A DNA stretch of 64,000 nt from Yuukianura sp. NJ FZ-2021. Lineage: Eukaryota. The notes under the pieces are model-generated. The model saw nothing but the letters and a program-made list of their open reading frames with translations, was not told the origin of the DNA and did no database searches. The position numbers and the translations under genes were made by a program. Position 1 is the stretch's first letter; each line of letters begins with the position of its first letter. Positions 12,001 to 24,600 of the stretch are shown here, in pieces. The stretch lies in the NCBI GenBank assembly GCA_046563655.1, contig CM102285.1, positions 1,488,001 to 1,552,000 on the forward strand, written 5' to 3'.

Positions 12001-15000
12001 AACACTATTTCATCGATTAGCGGTTTCGCGTATTTCAGCGACGTGAATTTTCACGGATTTAGCTGATAAGATTTTTAAAAAAATTCCGGATCTTGGAACA
12101 CTTTTTTGCTGAAAAGATTTTGCGAGTCATAGTCGACTTTACTCGTAAATTCAAAGCTGTCACGAGTTTTAAAAAACAAAAAATTTAAAAATTTTGGCTT
12201 TTTTTTTTATAATTTTTGTTCCCCAGAATATGTTATTCTCGGAAGAACCGAAAGTTAGGACATGGGAAACTTTGTATTTACTTTGTAGTTTGTGTGTCGC
12301 TTGACATTGACGGAGTGAAAGCTCTTTTTTTCCTGAAGTGTGAAAAAAGAACTGCATGATTCTGTGGACCAGCAACGAGTGTGGTTTGAAATTTTGCGCC
12401 AAAAAATGTCACCAAAATGAAGATGAAGAGAAGTTCTTCTTTTCTTGGAACTTTTTTTTCCAGTTCCGCTCAAATTCTAGAGAGTAGTTCCAGTTTTCTA
12501 AGTTCCAAGTTTTTAGAAAGTTCTAAGACTCTAGAACATTCTCCGCTTCTTTTTTCTAAAGTTTGAAATCGAATGAAACTCTTTTGTAAAATGTCTTGTT
12601 CAAACTGGAGTTCAAGCTGCTGTTACTCTGGTAGGAGCAGAACGAAGTGAGTCACGAAGTTTAAGTAAAAGGAAAATACTTTTTTGGAAAAGCCGGAAAA
12701 GTTCAATATTGAATAAAATTCCACTTTTCGAAGACATTCCTTCCCTCCGTTTTATTTCCATGTTGGGAATTGAAAAATACCATTTTGAACATTCCCGCCA
12801 AAATCCTTTGCTCCTTCTCCCTCCACTTACATCTCTTTCTCAATTGAATCTGGATCATTCTCAATCTTTCTCAACTTTCCCCAATTCCAAATGCTTTGTT
12901 TTCCAATTCAACTTTTTGTACAGTTTTCTACTTTAGTTTAAGCTTTTCCTCCAATTTTTTTCAAAATTCCCGCTTTTTTCCCCCAAAATTTTCGGCTATT
13001 TTTTAATTTTACATGATTTTCTACCACTTCCTAATGTGTGTTCAAATCATTTTCAAAGTTCATAAATTTAAACTTAAATTTTGAAATACTAAATTTTGTA
13101 GCGAAGATTTAACCTCAAGCATCAAAAACGTTCTCAAATATAAAATTTTTCTTTTGTTTTTTCTTCCCTGCCATGCTGAGCTGTGGAATTCAAAATTCCT
13201 GGAGTTGTTGCCGCCAAAACATTTCGTTTAAGAATTTTTGAAATGTTTTTGGCGCGTCATTCAAAAATTTATTAACCTATGCTATGGCGCTTACTTTTCA
13301 AAAAAAAAAGTTTTTCATCATTCTCACATCACCTCCATTAATCATAATGAATGACTTTGCAAGTCTTCAGTTTCTGATTTATGGACTTCTCTCATGCTTC
13401 GTTTTTCTTTCGGCTGTGATTGGTCAAAATGTTAAAAGATTTCTAAACATTCGAAACATTATAAAAAGCGCCATTTTCAAAAACGGAAAAAGAAAAAAAA
13501 AGTTTTCAATTATATTTGCCTAATCTCTCTCCCGGGTCATTTGGAAATATAACTGGAGCACAGTGAGCACACACCAGCAAGTGATTTCCCAGGGAACCAA
13601 TCAGAATGCCTCGTTCGCAATTTGAATTAATTTGAACTTTTTTTTCCCGCCACTTTTTTTGAAAGCACAACTCGTCTCATGCTTCAACCCACGTTTGCTA
13701 CTCACGCCAATTTTCAGTTTTTATTGATTTGAACTCTGCGCATCACTTCTGATCAGTTCTTGGACTAACATGTTTTGAACCAATTGGTTTTGAACCTTTT
13801 CATTTGAATCAATCGTATTTGAACTAATGGCGTGCTCCAGATCATTCACCGCTATAGCCACGCTTGGCGTTGCCCTACGCATGCGCAAACCGCTTTTTCT
13901 CACCCACGGCGCATGTATTTACGACTAAAGCTCAGTGTTAATTAAATTTAATTCCACATGTAGATTCATGCCCTGCTTGTTTTAAAGATGAGGATGGGAA
14001 GTCATATAGTGATGAGGTTTAAGTGCCTCCTGAGTGCCAAGTGCCAATTATTCACACCATAAATTAAACTTAAGCGCGCTGTTCCTCCATGTAAACGCAC
14101 GAAAAAGAGCGGCAGACCTTGAAAATAATCATCTCTGATGGTGATCTTCTTTTTGAGTTTTAATACTCATTAGGCCCACAATCACCGTGGCCTAAAACTG
14201 TATTATTCCTCCATTCATTATAACTTCTTCTTTTGTTAAATCTGTGTAACTAAAGATGAAAAAACACGACACAGAACCTTGTGCTCACAACATGCACAAT
14301 GAGTAAATGTGCAAAATTTTTGTTATTTTGAATGACTTTTTTTGGAAGTGGTGCAGTTTCGTGTCAATTTTTGTCTATAAGTGTAACTTTAAAAAAATTC
14401 CTCCTCCCCAAAAATGTTCGACCTGCTTCTAAACATGCAAACACTGGTTTATCTTTTTGCAACACAACGAAAATTATAATGAGTTTAAAAGTATTGTTAA
14501 CTGAGGTTGTTTAAAATGGGCATGAGCACATGCAACGCAAATTAATGCGACCATGCAAACTAAGCTTTTGAACTTGGCTAAAACTTGACATGCACAAAAG
14601 CAACTTCAAATTGCCAAAAACAGTTGAAACTTTTTGTAAAACTGGGAAACGGTGTTGAAATGCTTGTAAGATAGACGTGTACAGCATACAAATATGGTTT
14701 TCATACATTTGAACCTAACCTTTGCTGAATTTTAACAATTTGCATATCTTAAAATTTTAACATAAGTTGAACATTTAGCATTTGTTCAAACTGTCACCAA
14801 TATTTTGTTGTATGAATTCACAAAGTACTAATTTTCCAAAATTTTCAACTGTCTTAAAATTTTCTTGTGTGAAAACTTCAACCTAGGTTAAAAATTTAAT
14901 AATCTTTTTTTTTTAAATTTGCTAAAAATTTTGTTTTTAAAAAGTGGAAAAGTAGGAACTTTGTAAAACTATAAACATAGTATACGCTGAACATGAGTTT

Positions 15001-16520
15001 CAAATAAGTTCGGTTTTCACATATTTTGTTATCTTTATATAGGGCTCGATGAAGTTCGTCAAAAAATTAAGGCGGGAATTTGAAATTTCAAATTTGCAAA
15101 GGTTGTTAATCCTGGTTGTTGACTTTTGTTGCTTCTCGAAACGGCCGTAAGGAAGCATTAGTGGCGTGGAGGCAGTGAACCGGCTTTTGGATTTGGTTAA
15201 GTTGTGAATTCAAGTGAAAGGGCGCGTAACTTAGCAACGGATTCAGGTATGCAGCATGGTCGCGAGATCGATTCCCCGTGCCCTCACGTTCTTTTTGTTT
15301 ACATTTCCCTGGAAGGGGATTGGTTTAACCGCGGGACCTGGAATTCATGGCGGGAAATTTCAAATTAATTTTTTACTCTTCAGAGAAAAAGTGAAAGTCA
15401 AGATATTTCATCTGATCTGGTGCTGGTGCCACTTTTATGAAATTTCTGAAAACGCTGAAGATGAAATTTTTTCGAAAAATTTTTTGTCCGCATTTTTTCA
15501 AATTTTGATTTGAGATATGACGGTATCTGGGAAAAGAACAATAAGAGAGTTCATGTTTGGAATGAAAAGGAAGGAGAGGAAAAAGTAATAACGACAAAGA
15601 AGCGCATTTTTATGAAAGACGGCATTTGGGGTCACAGTGGAGAAAGTGAAAAAAACACACAAAGAACTTTTTTGTCCAGGATTTTGTCCAGGGGTCGCGC
15701 GGTAAAAAAAAGTTTTTCAAAAAAAACTTTCCGGTGTATGTGACATGGGAAAGTTGAAAAGGTTTTGGGCGGGAGAGAAAGTGCGGTAGGGTGGAACGGA
15801 TTCGAATTTTGGCGGCATGAAAAGAGAAATGGCCAAGGAAAAGTCTCATCCTATTACAAAGATAAAGTCCATCTTTCACTTTTTTGTTAGGTTAGTTTTT
15901 TGTGTGTAGAGAAAGTGGAGATGGCCAGTAAGTGAACCGAAGAGGCGAGAGGTCAAACAATAGAAAACGTATGTCGACAAGACAATCTCCTTTTTCTCGT
16001 TTTTTCCCGCTTTTTTTTTGAAAATAGCCGACATCAAAAAAGGATTGGAGGCTCTTATCTCCTGAACTTTCACTTTTCCTCTCCACTTTCCCCGGGATTT
16101 AAGCTCCACCGAAAAGAGGCATGTCAGCACTTTCACTTTTACTTTCCCCCTAACTGTAGCACTGGAATGAACACATAAGATCTACTCAAAATTTTGTAAT
16201 TTTAGCTCAACTTACATTTTCTAAACCATCTTTACCTCAACACAAACTCCACTGATGCTGGAAATGTTGCAAATGCTAATGTTTCCGAGATGTAAAGGCA
16301 ATTCACAATCTAAATATGCAACGACAAAGTTATGTAAAAATTGCAAAATTTACAATTTCCGTGAATGTATTTGTTGTTTGAATGATTTAGCTTGTTGAGC
16401 AATTGGTGTTGAGCTGGTTGTTGTTGAGGTTAACTGTGGGTGAATTCAAAAATCAATTGAACGAGAATCAATTAAGAATCTGCAATCATTTTCTTGTGCC
16501 AATTGGAGCCGCGACCTCCT

Positions 16521-16599
16521 TGAGTCAAAGTGTGAAAGGTTGTTTGATATGTCATGAATCAATGTTGGAGCCATTGACTCATGAGTCAAGCGTGAGTCA
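16521..16599. promoter_or_regulatory. Cluster of four AP-1-type TGA(G/C)TCA sites
   Basis: Sites at 16521, 16575, 16582 and 16593. The middle two form the perfect palindrome TTGACTCATGAGTCAA (16574-16589). Confidence 0.5.
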
Positions 16600-18329
16600 A
16601 AGTCAAATCATGATTGACCTTTGACATTACATTTAGAAACAACTCGACTATTTCTCTAATTGTCGGATTTTCTATACATACTGATTGTGTTTCGTGATTT
16701 TCAAGCGTTTCTCAATTTTCAAAACCTGCGAGAAATTGTTAAAATTTAATGTAAATTGCAGTTTTGCTTTAAAGTGCTCAGATTGCATTCTGAAACGCAT
16801 TAAATTCAAACCGTTTTTTTTTGACGCCACAAGATGAGCCGAGGTTGTGAAAATTGTCAAATCTGTTCACTTTCGTTTTACCACAAAATTCAAAATTCCC
16901 TCGCGATTTTCCATTTTGTGTTTCTACACTTCTGTAACATCTGCTCTTCCTCTTTCAATTCCAAAAAGTCGCCAACTTCTGGAGCGACCTGACACTTTGT
17001 CAGAGTGTCATTTCAAATTGATACCCGGGAAATCATTCCCAAGAGAAGGAAATTTTGAATTGAAACTCCCGTTTCCCGCTTTTCCCGGACCAAGGATGAG
17101 TTAATTCTATTGATTGACACTCCGAGAGCTAAAGCTTTTCAGAGCCTGAGCAGAGAGAGGGAAGTTTTAAATTTGGAAAAACGAGAGAAAAGGTGTGTAT
17201 CTGGCCTAACATGGGTTGTAACAAGGGAGTGTTTGTAAGTTAAAGAGGAAACGAGCATAACCATCTCCCAATGTATCAGTCAAGGCTTTAGAGTGAGAAG
17301 AGAAAGCAGAGAAAAAAAAAGAACGACTGAAGTGGGCGGCGACTCGCCAGCCACCTCCTCCTCCTCTTTGCTAGACCTAGCTAGGTCTAACGCAGCTAGC
17401 ACGCCTAGCTAGCTGTCTATAGCTAGAGGGACTGCTGCCCAACTATGTTGGCGTGAACCCCCTAACGTTAGAGTATACTTTACGTTATGTTATACCCCGA
17501 CCACCAAATATCCCCCAGAGCCCGCTCGTTTTTCAAGCTTGTTTCATCTCCATTTTTTGTGTGTGGTGTATGTGTGTAAGAACAACTTCCCTCCTGCTGC
17601 TCCCCTAAATTCAAACTCTCGAATCTCTCCCCACAGCCACACCGTTTTGATTGTTCCTTTGAAAAGTGGTGGTGGAAGGCCAGACAGAAACTTAGTCAGA
17701 ACATGATTATGATTGGCCAAAAACTGGAGAGAACAAACTGAGGAAGACTCGAAGCTTCCCTCTCTCTAGCTGCCCCAAAATGCTTGTTAGGAACCATTAG
17801 CATTTGAACTGGGAAGTAACACGGGTAGTTCGTGTTTCATCGCATGTAACACCCAGTAGAACCCTCACCTTAGTCGTCTTCGCCCCAGAGACTCCGCACG
17901 GTGTTCTTTGTCACACAGGCACGGTCACAACACAGTCCTAGTAAGTAGCAGAGTTAAAGCTCCAAGCTCCTCAGTACTTCTGACAGGCACAACCCTTGAC
18001 ACAAGTTCCTAACTAAACGTCAAACCACAATTCACACCGTGGAATCACTTAAGGGCTGGTCACGACGTGAAAACATTGCGATTCACGCCGTGAAAATATT
18101 CAAAGCAGGCCACGCCGTGAAAACACAGCGAATTATTCGCGTCGCGAAAAATTCAAACCGTGGAGTGGAATTGACACCGTGAAAAAAGTGCTTTTCTCCT
18201 CGTCAAAAAAAAAACGCTCGTGACCAATCCACGCCGTAGAAGCGTTTTGAACAATTCAAACACTGGAAAGAAATTCACAGCGCGGAAACGCGTGGAAATT
18301 TTGAGTGTGAAGAAGAGAGTGGACAGTGC

Positions 18330-18346
18330 AAAGGTCAATGACCTTT
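18330..18346. promoter_or_regulatory. Perfect palindromic ecdysone response element (IR1)
   Basis: aaAGGTCA-A-TGACCTtt, with core at 18332-18344, about 360 bp upstream of the putative mirr ATG. Confidence 0.6.
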
Positions 18347-18699
18347 TGGCGCCTCATTCAAACTTTTTTGAGCATTGGGCAATGTAGTTGACTGAACTGG
18401 AATAAAAAATTTGAGCTTGAAAGTGACAATAAGCATCGAGAACAGTGACTTTTCCTTATTACAAAGATTTCAAAATTTTGAATTTCGGAGAACATTGAAA
18501 TCTAATTTTGAAAACTTGAAAAACAGCAGTGAAAGTGAATGTGCTGAAATTTCGGATGAAAAATAATCTCATCATTGCTTCAAATCACAACATCTAATTA
18601 ATCAACGATTGTAAACAAACAATTTTTTTTCTTCTGAATTTCAAAATTTTGAATTTCGAAAAAGTGCATCTCAACAGGATCCTGGCTGCTCCGTCTAGA

Positions 18700-21600
18700 A
18701 TGAACGTAAGACTCAAATGTTTCGATGAAATCTTTCAAAATTTCAAAAAAAAAATTCTAGTATATTTCGGAGAAATAGCTTTCAGTTTTCAAATTTTGAA
18801 TAAAATATTTCGTGGCTCATTTAATTGAAAACTGTTTCAGGTTTTCGCTCTTTTTGAGTTTCTATTAATAGAAAACCGAAAAGTTTCTCCTTTTTTTTCA
18901 TTTTTTTTTCGGAATGAAGATTGATGAGTGTTTAAACATTTTTGTGGTTCTCCAGGGAGGAAGTGAGAAGAGCGAGGAGGGTGGCGGTGGCTCATCTTCT
19001 CCTGGTGGGTCCAGCCCCGCCGGAAGCACTGGTGGCAGTCGTGGAGGGGAAAGTCGAGGAAGTATCACTGGTGGGTCCAGTAGCCCCGCCTGCCCCACCA
19101 CTGCCTGTCCAGCATGTCGTTCCCCTATCTGTGGTGGGTCCTGCCTCAAGTCTTTGTCCCCACCCAGTGGCAATCCGTCACCAGCAGCAGTGGGGGGTGG
19201 ACTACTCAATTATCAGAGATTGGCCTCCGCCGTGCCGTCACTTGTGTACCACCACGGTGGTGGGGGCGGGGGAGGAGCAAATGGCTCTCAGAGCTCTCCG
19301 TATTCTCCAGATCAAATCGCTTACCTCACCGCCGCGGCAGCAGCGGCCGCTGCTGAGCACTCGGCTCTCTACGCTGCAGCGGTAAGTTTCAAATTTTCAG
19401 AAAAATTCAAAAAGTCTGAAGAATCCCAAATTAGGATTTTCTGAAGAAAGTTCTAGCACCAATTTCGTCAGGGACACATTTTGTTTTCAAAATTTTAGAT
19501 AATTTGATTTTGTTTTTCAAAAGCGTGTTAGCGGTAAGAGTTAATTAATTTTTTTTTGCAACATTTCGTCTTTGGCAACACTTTTCAAAAGCGCCAAAAT
19601 TTGAGTGTTTGATTGATTGCAAAACAGTACTTTTCACTTCAATCACCTTTCCCTTGTCACTTTCTTTCCATTTTCACAACTTTTAATGCCAATTACAATT
19701 TTCGCAAAAATTGACAAACTTTCCGCCCTTTATTTCTTCCTTGTTTTTCATAAATTTTTTCATTCTTTTTTCTAAGGACAGGTATACCCGATCACAAAAT
19801 TTATTGATTTTCATTCTTACAAAATAGAACTTTTTCACAAAAAATATTCAGGCTGTAGAAATATTGATTTCTTTTCTATTTCAATTCCAGCGGGAAAATT
19901 TAAATTTAAATTCTTCAAAATGAATTTCAAAAACATTCTTTTACGTTTTTACAAATTCAGCAGTAAATTTTAAAATTTAACACTAAACCTGATTAGGTTA
20001 TGTCACGTGTTATTTAGGTTGCGTATAGCGTTAGTTTTGCTGTGTTCGTTAGGTTATTAACCTAATGAATTCGAAACATTCATGTATAGTCGTGACCTGG
20101 CTAATTTTGGCTCCATTTTTTGAATCCTGATTACTTCCTATTGTTGTTTGCGTTCCATTAGGTTTGAAATTGTGCAGTTTAGGCTAACTTCTGAGTAGGA
20201 ATTGGACTCAAAGGTTTGAAATTAAGTGGGGGAGCGTTTGTAAGTTTGTGTTCCTTCTTTAAATGGATTTGAATTGAATCCTATTATTATCCTTCCCATT
20301 GTTTCCTTTCTCTGTTTGTTTGGATGATCCTAATGGGCGTAATTGCTGGAAGTGCTGGGAAGTGGAACGACTTCATCTCATGAGCCAGCGGGCTTTTTCA
20401 AACTTTTTTTCTCTTTTCAAAAAGTTGTATAATTCAAATGTTCATTTATGACCTCTCGTGATACAGAAGATGACTCCAAGAATTGGACCCAGAGGCTCCA
20501 ACCTTTGCTCTTTTTGGAACAAGGTCTCTTCTCTATTTCTGTTTCACGGTTAACTGTTAGGTTAGCCTATTTTTTCCATGTTGAGACACACAAAGTGTAG
20601 TTTGCTGGAGTAAAGACAATGGAAGTTCCACTTCTGCATTGTTGTAGAGTGGAATTAAGGGATTGTGGTGGTGACTTTTATCGGATGGAGTCATCTCGTC
20701 TTACCGGTTCCTCCACTTAAAACTCCAAATGTCTCTGGTTACCCTCCGTCGCCCAACCACTTCTCTCCAACAACCTTACAACTATCATGAACCTAACCTA
20801 AAACCTTTAAACCTAACCAAATTTCAACTTTACTGTTCAAAACTTACTCAAACACGGAGTTGAATTAAAGCAGAAATCGACCATGGGTACAATTGAACTC
20901 GCAGAGCCGTAATTCAACCACACAATTTTAAAAAATCCACCGAAAAATTTGTACGTGAAATTGAGTAACATAACTGAATTACGAAAAAAGGACAATTTGA
21001 AACAAAATTCGTCTAGAATATTGAAAAATCTTCAAAAAAGGATCTAGAAGCTAAATTTTTTAAGGAAACTAAGAATTTTTTGAAGAATTTTTTTAAAAGC
21101 ATACACAAGGTAAAGTGTAGGGGTGAAGATACGCAAATTAGAAAAGCAATTAGGAAATTTGCAACACAGAAATTGTTGCAACTACGCAGGTTTTGCAAGA
21201 TTTCGGCGCATGCGCATGAGCAGATCAGGATCATGCTAATAGAAAGTGTTTTTATTGTTGTTTATTCAATTGGAAACAAAAGATTACGCAAAAGAAGTTA
21301 ACAAGAGATCATCAACTAGACAATTGCAACACGACAACACGAAACATTGTTGAATCACGAAAGTCATGCTCAGAGAACACCAAAGTGACAAATCAACTGT
21401 CTTTTCCTCAAAGGTCAAAGGTCAACAACTTTGCTCGATCAACACAAAATATCAAGATCTTAATTTACTCAAAAATTAGAATACAATACGCCCATTGTTG
21501 TTTCACAAGATCACGAATTCTACATTTTGCAATTCAAGTTTTTAAAAAAATCAAAAGAAAGAAACCTACTACATCACAAATCACTTAATTAAAAAAAATG

Positions 21601-24600
21601 TGATTTTTATGTTATGTAAAGTGTATACAACTTTATGATATAAATCAGGAGCAACGTAGTTGTTAATACATATAATTATTTTAATTAGTTACGTAAGTTA
21701 ATTATAAATTATAATTAATTATAATTGGAAATTAACGAAAAGACAAATGTTCCTGTCACACAAGTTTTTGTTTAAAAGTGACATTTAACGCTAACCTTGC
21801 CATAAATTAACAAAGTGCACAAACACTTTCAATTTCCTTGAATATTTTTTTTCATTTTTTACAAAGTAGGAATAAGTTTAATGTGTTTAATTAACCATTG
21901 TCTTCTCTCAACGTCTCACTTTATGAAATGAAAAAAGAAACAATATTTCCCAACCAACACTTTACTACTTCCAACTAATTAAGAAAGGTGGGATTATAAC
22001 ACAAAACAACTTCAATTAAATACTTTTAACTTCACATTTTTTCTTCTCCTCTGAACGTGTTTCAATTTTTACTGCTCACCTTTAATTAACAAAAACAACT
22101 TTAATTGCGGTTAAGTAAGATATAGTTCAAAAAATGCCGCTTCACGTGTAAGAATTACTTTTCATATTCCTTTACAAACTCTCTAACCAAAATGTCGTAG
22201 ACTAAACATAAGATATGTTATAGTTGTGAATAGTTTTAATGCAAAACATAACTTTACAGATCCAAGACGCAACGATTTTAATACAATTCGAACATAACAT
22301 AACGAGAACAAATTTTTCAATTTTAAGAAATTTTAGCATTGCGTATGTAATCGTACAAAACTGAAGATTTAATAACAAATTTTGTACCTTGAAGCCACGT
22401 GTATGTCATTTTATGTTATGTTTTGTGGAAATTAACATCAAACCTTCAGTCGTTTCACTCTTTTTTCGCTTCCGAACCTAATCCTTTACGTGTATCGCTG
22501 TTTGTTAGCCTAACTGGTTAGGTTAAGATTAGGTTTATGTTCAGAATAATGAAAGGAGAAGAATGAACAGGTTACTACGGCATGTGAACCTTGTAATTAA
22601 AAGTAGAAAATAGATATGAATCTTAATTCAAAAAACAAGGAACATTAAAGAGGGTTACGTGAGAGGAATTTTCTGCAAAAACATGCTAAGTTTGAACGAT
22701 TCTTTTCTGTTATGTGTGACTTCCTTACTACACCACCAAAACCACAATTGAGTTTCATCCAATTCTGAAATGTTAGGCTAGGTTTCATTACTTTTCTTAT
22801 GAAAACAATTCAATTCTTGAATCGAGATGGGAGTTTATAGTTTATGATCCATGGCAAAAAGTAAGTTAAACCATTAACTTAAGGCAGAGAGGGAAGATTT
22901 GAAATGAGATAAAAATTAAAAGATGTGTAATTTATTGGGATTGTTAAGAAGAGTAAACAAGGATGAGGAGAGGAGAGGCGGACTAGCCTTGTTCTTGTTG
23001 TTTATTTCTGAATTGTGTTAACAAACAGTGGAACATTAGGAAAACAAGTAGTAATTAAGCAGAGAAACTGTGTATAAGAACTGCAAAGTTGTGGGAGGTT
23101 GGAAGTGTAATGATACTGATGGGAAAAAGTGTAGAGAGGCTACAATTTATGTAATTTTAATAACTGCGAGTTGTTCAAATTTCAAATTTTCCCGCGTTGA
23201 GGTTCAAGTGAAGAGTAATAAACACTTAAAATCCAACGCTCGTGGACCGCAGCAAATTTGCAAGTTACTTAACGCTAAAGAACGAAGGTTGGGAAGCGAA
23301 TAGTTTTTCTTTAAGAAAAAGGTTTTTTTTTCTTTAAAAAAAGTGTTAATTAGTTTATGCCAAAAAAATCTCTCCAAATTTGATCCAAAAACAAAAGTTT
23401 TTCTTTGAAACTTTTGAAACAAACAATGAAAACAAGGAAGTGAAGTCAGCAAAATTCCAAAAGAGACGCGAGAAACTTATTTTTGTGAAACTCTTGATTT
23501 TTTTTTTACAAATATTTTGGGTGTCAAAAATTAAATTTTGTGTGCCGAGAAAGTTTCACACCTTTTCACAAGGTTTTGTTGAAACGTCATTCACGTTTGG
23601 TTGCTAGCCTAACCTTATCGCTCAATCAAAATTCGAATTAAGTATTACGCCAAATAAACCTCAAAATGTGACACATTTCTTGTGTTCCTAATCCTGAAAT
23701 TTCGTAGCCCTTAGCCTTAATCACTCTCTGTCAATTTCTGTGATATAAATTGCATGTTTGTGGGCAGAAGGGAACAGCATGGAAAATGCCGTAATGCTTG
23801 AGTTCACAAACCACCAAAACCAAACGTCATGGAGTCAAATACACAATACATCTTATTCTGCAAGATGTAATGTGTAATATCATACATACAAACTACAAAG
23901 ACACATATTAAATATACATAGTCATTACGTATTTAATATAATTTATTTTGTGTTAAGTTTATTAGTTTTATGGAAGTATATTTTACATGAAAATGCAAAT
24001 TTTGAGTAAATTTAAACTGAACTTATAGCAGAGTATAAGATTTGCGTATGGTATCTACTGGGTATAAGGTTAGGAACAAAGGAAGTGGCATTTGAATTGA
24101 AACAAAGTTGTGAACTAGCTCTGGGAAAAGTTTATACAAATCTAAAGGTTCTAGAAACGGAGGAAAACATGCATGAACTCCCTAAAAGCCTTTTGTTTCC
24201 GTTTTATTTTCTCCACTTTCCTGTCACTTTCCTCTTCCAGTCAGGACATGGCAAAAGTAAACCTTTATCAAATGCTTTCATGCGTACTTGCTAAGCACAA
24301 GCTACTCAACGCCCAAAACATCAACACTTTCCGCTAAAAGCATAAACTTATGTTACTTATTACTGCCATTGCTTATACATCATTCGCCCAATCACATTCC
24401 AAATACATGCATTATACATACACATAGTACATCACGTAGGCATCGTAGCACGTTATTTATATGCTACACATACATGCTACATATGCACAGTAGAGAAGGT
24501 TTTTCGTCGAAATTTCGAATTTCCAGAAAATTCGTCGAAAAAGAATTTTCATGCATATTTTTCAGAAAGAATTTTTTTCAGTGTTGCGCTTTTTGTTCAA

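Noticed and set aside
18898-19385. Overlapping alternative-frame and antisense ORFs on the mirr GC-rich exon
   Set aside because: Expected by-product of GC-rich low-complexity coding sequence. Only the 18914 frame splices in phase to the homeobox.
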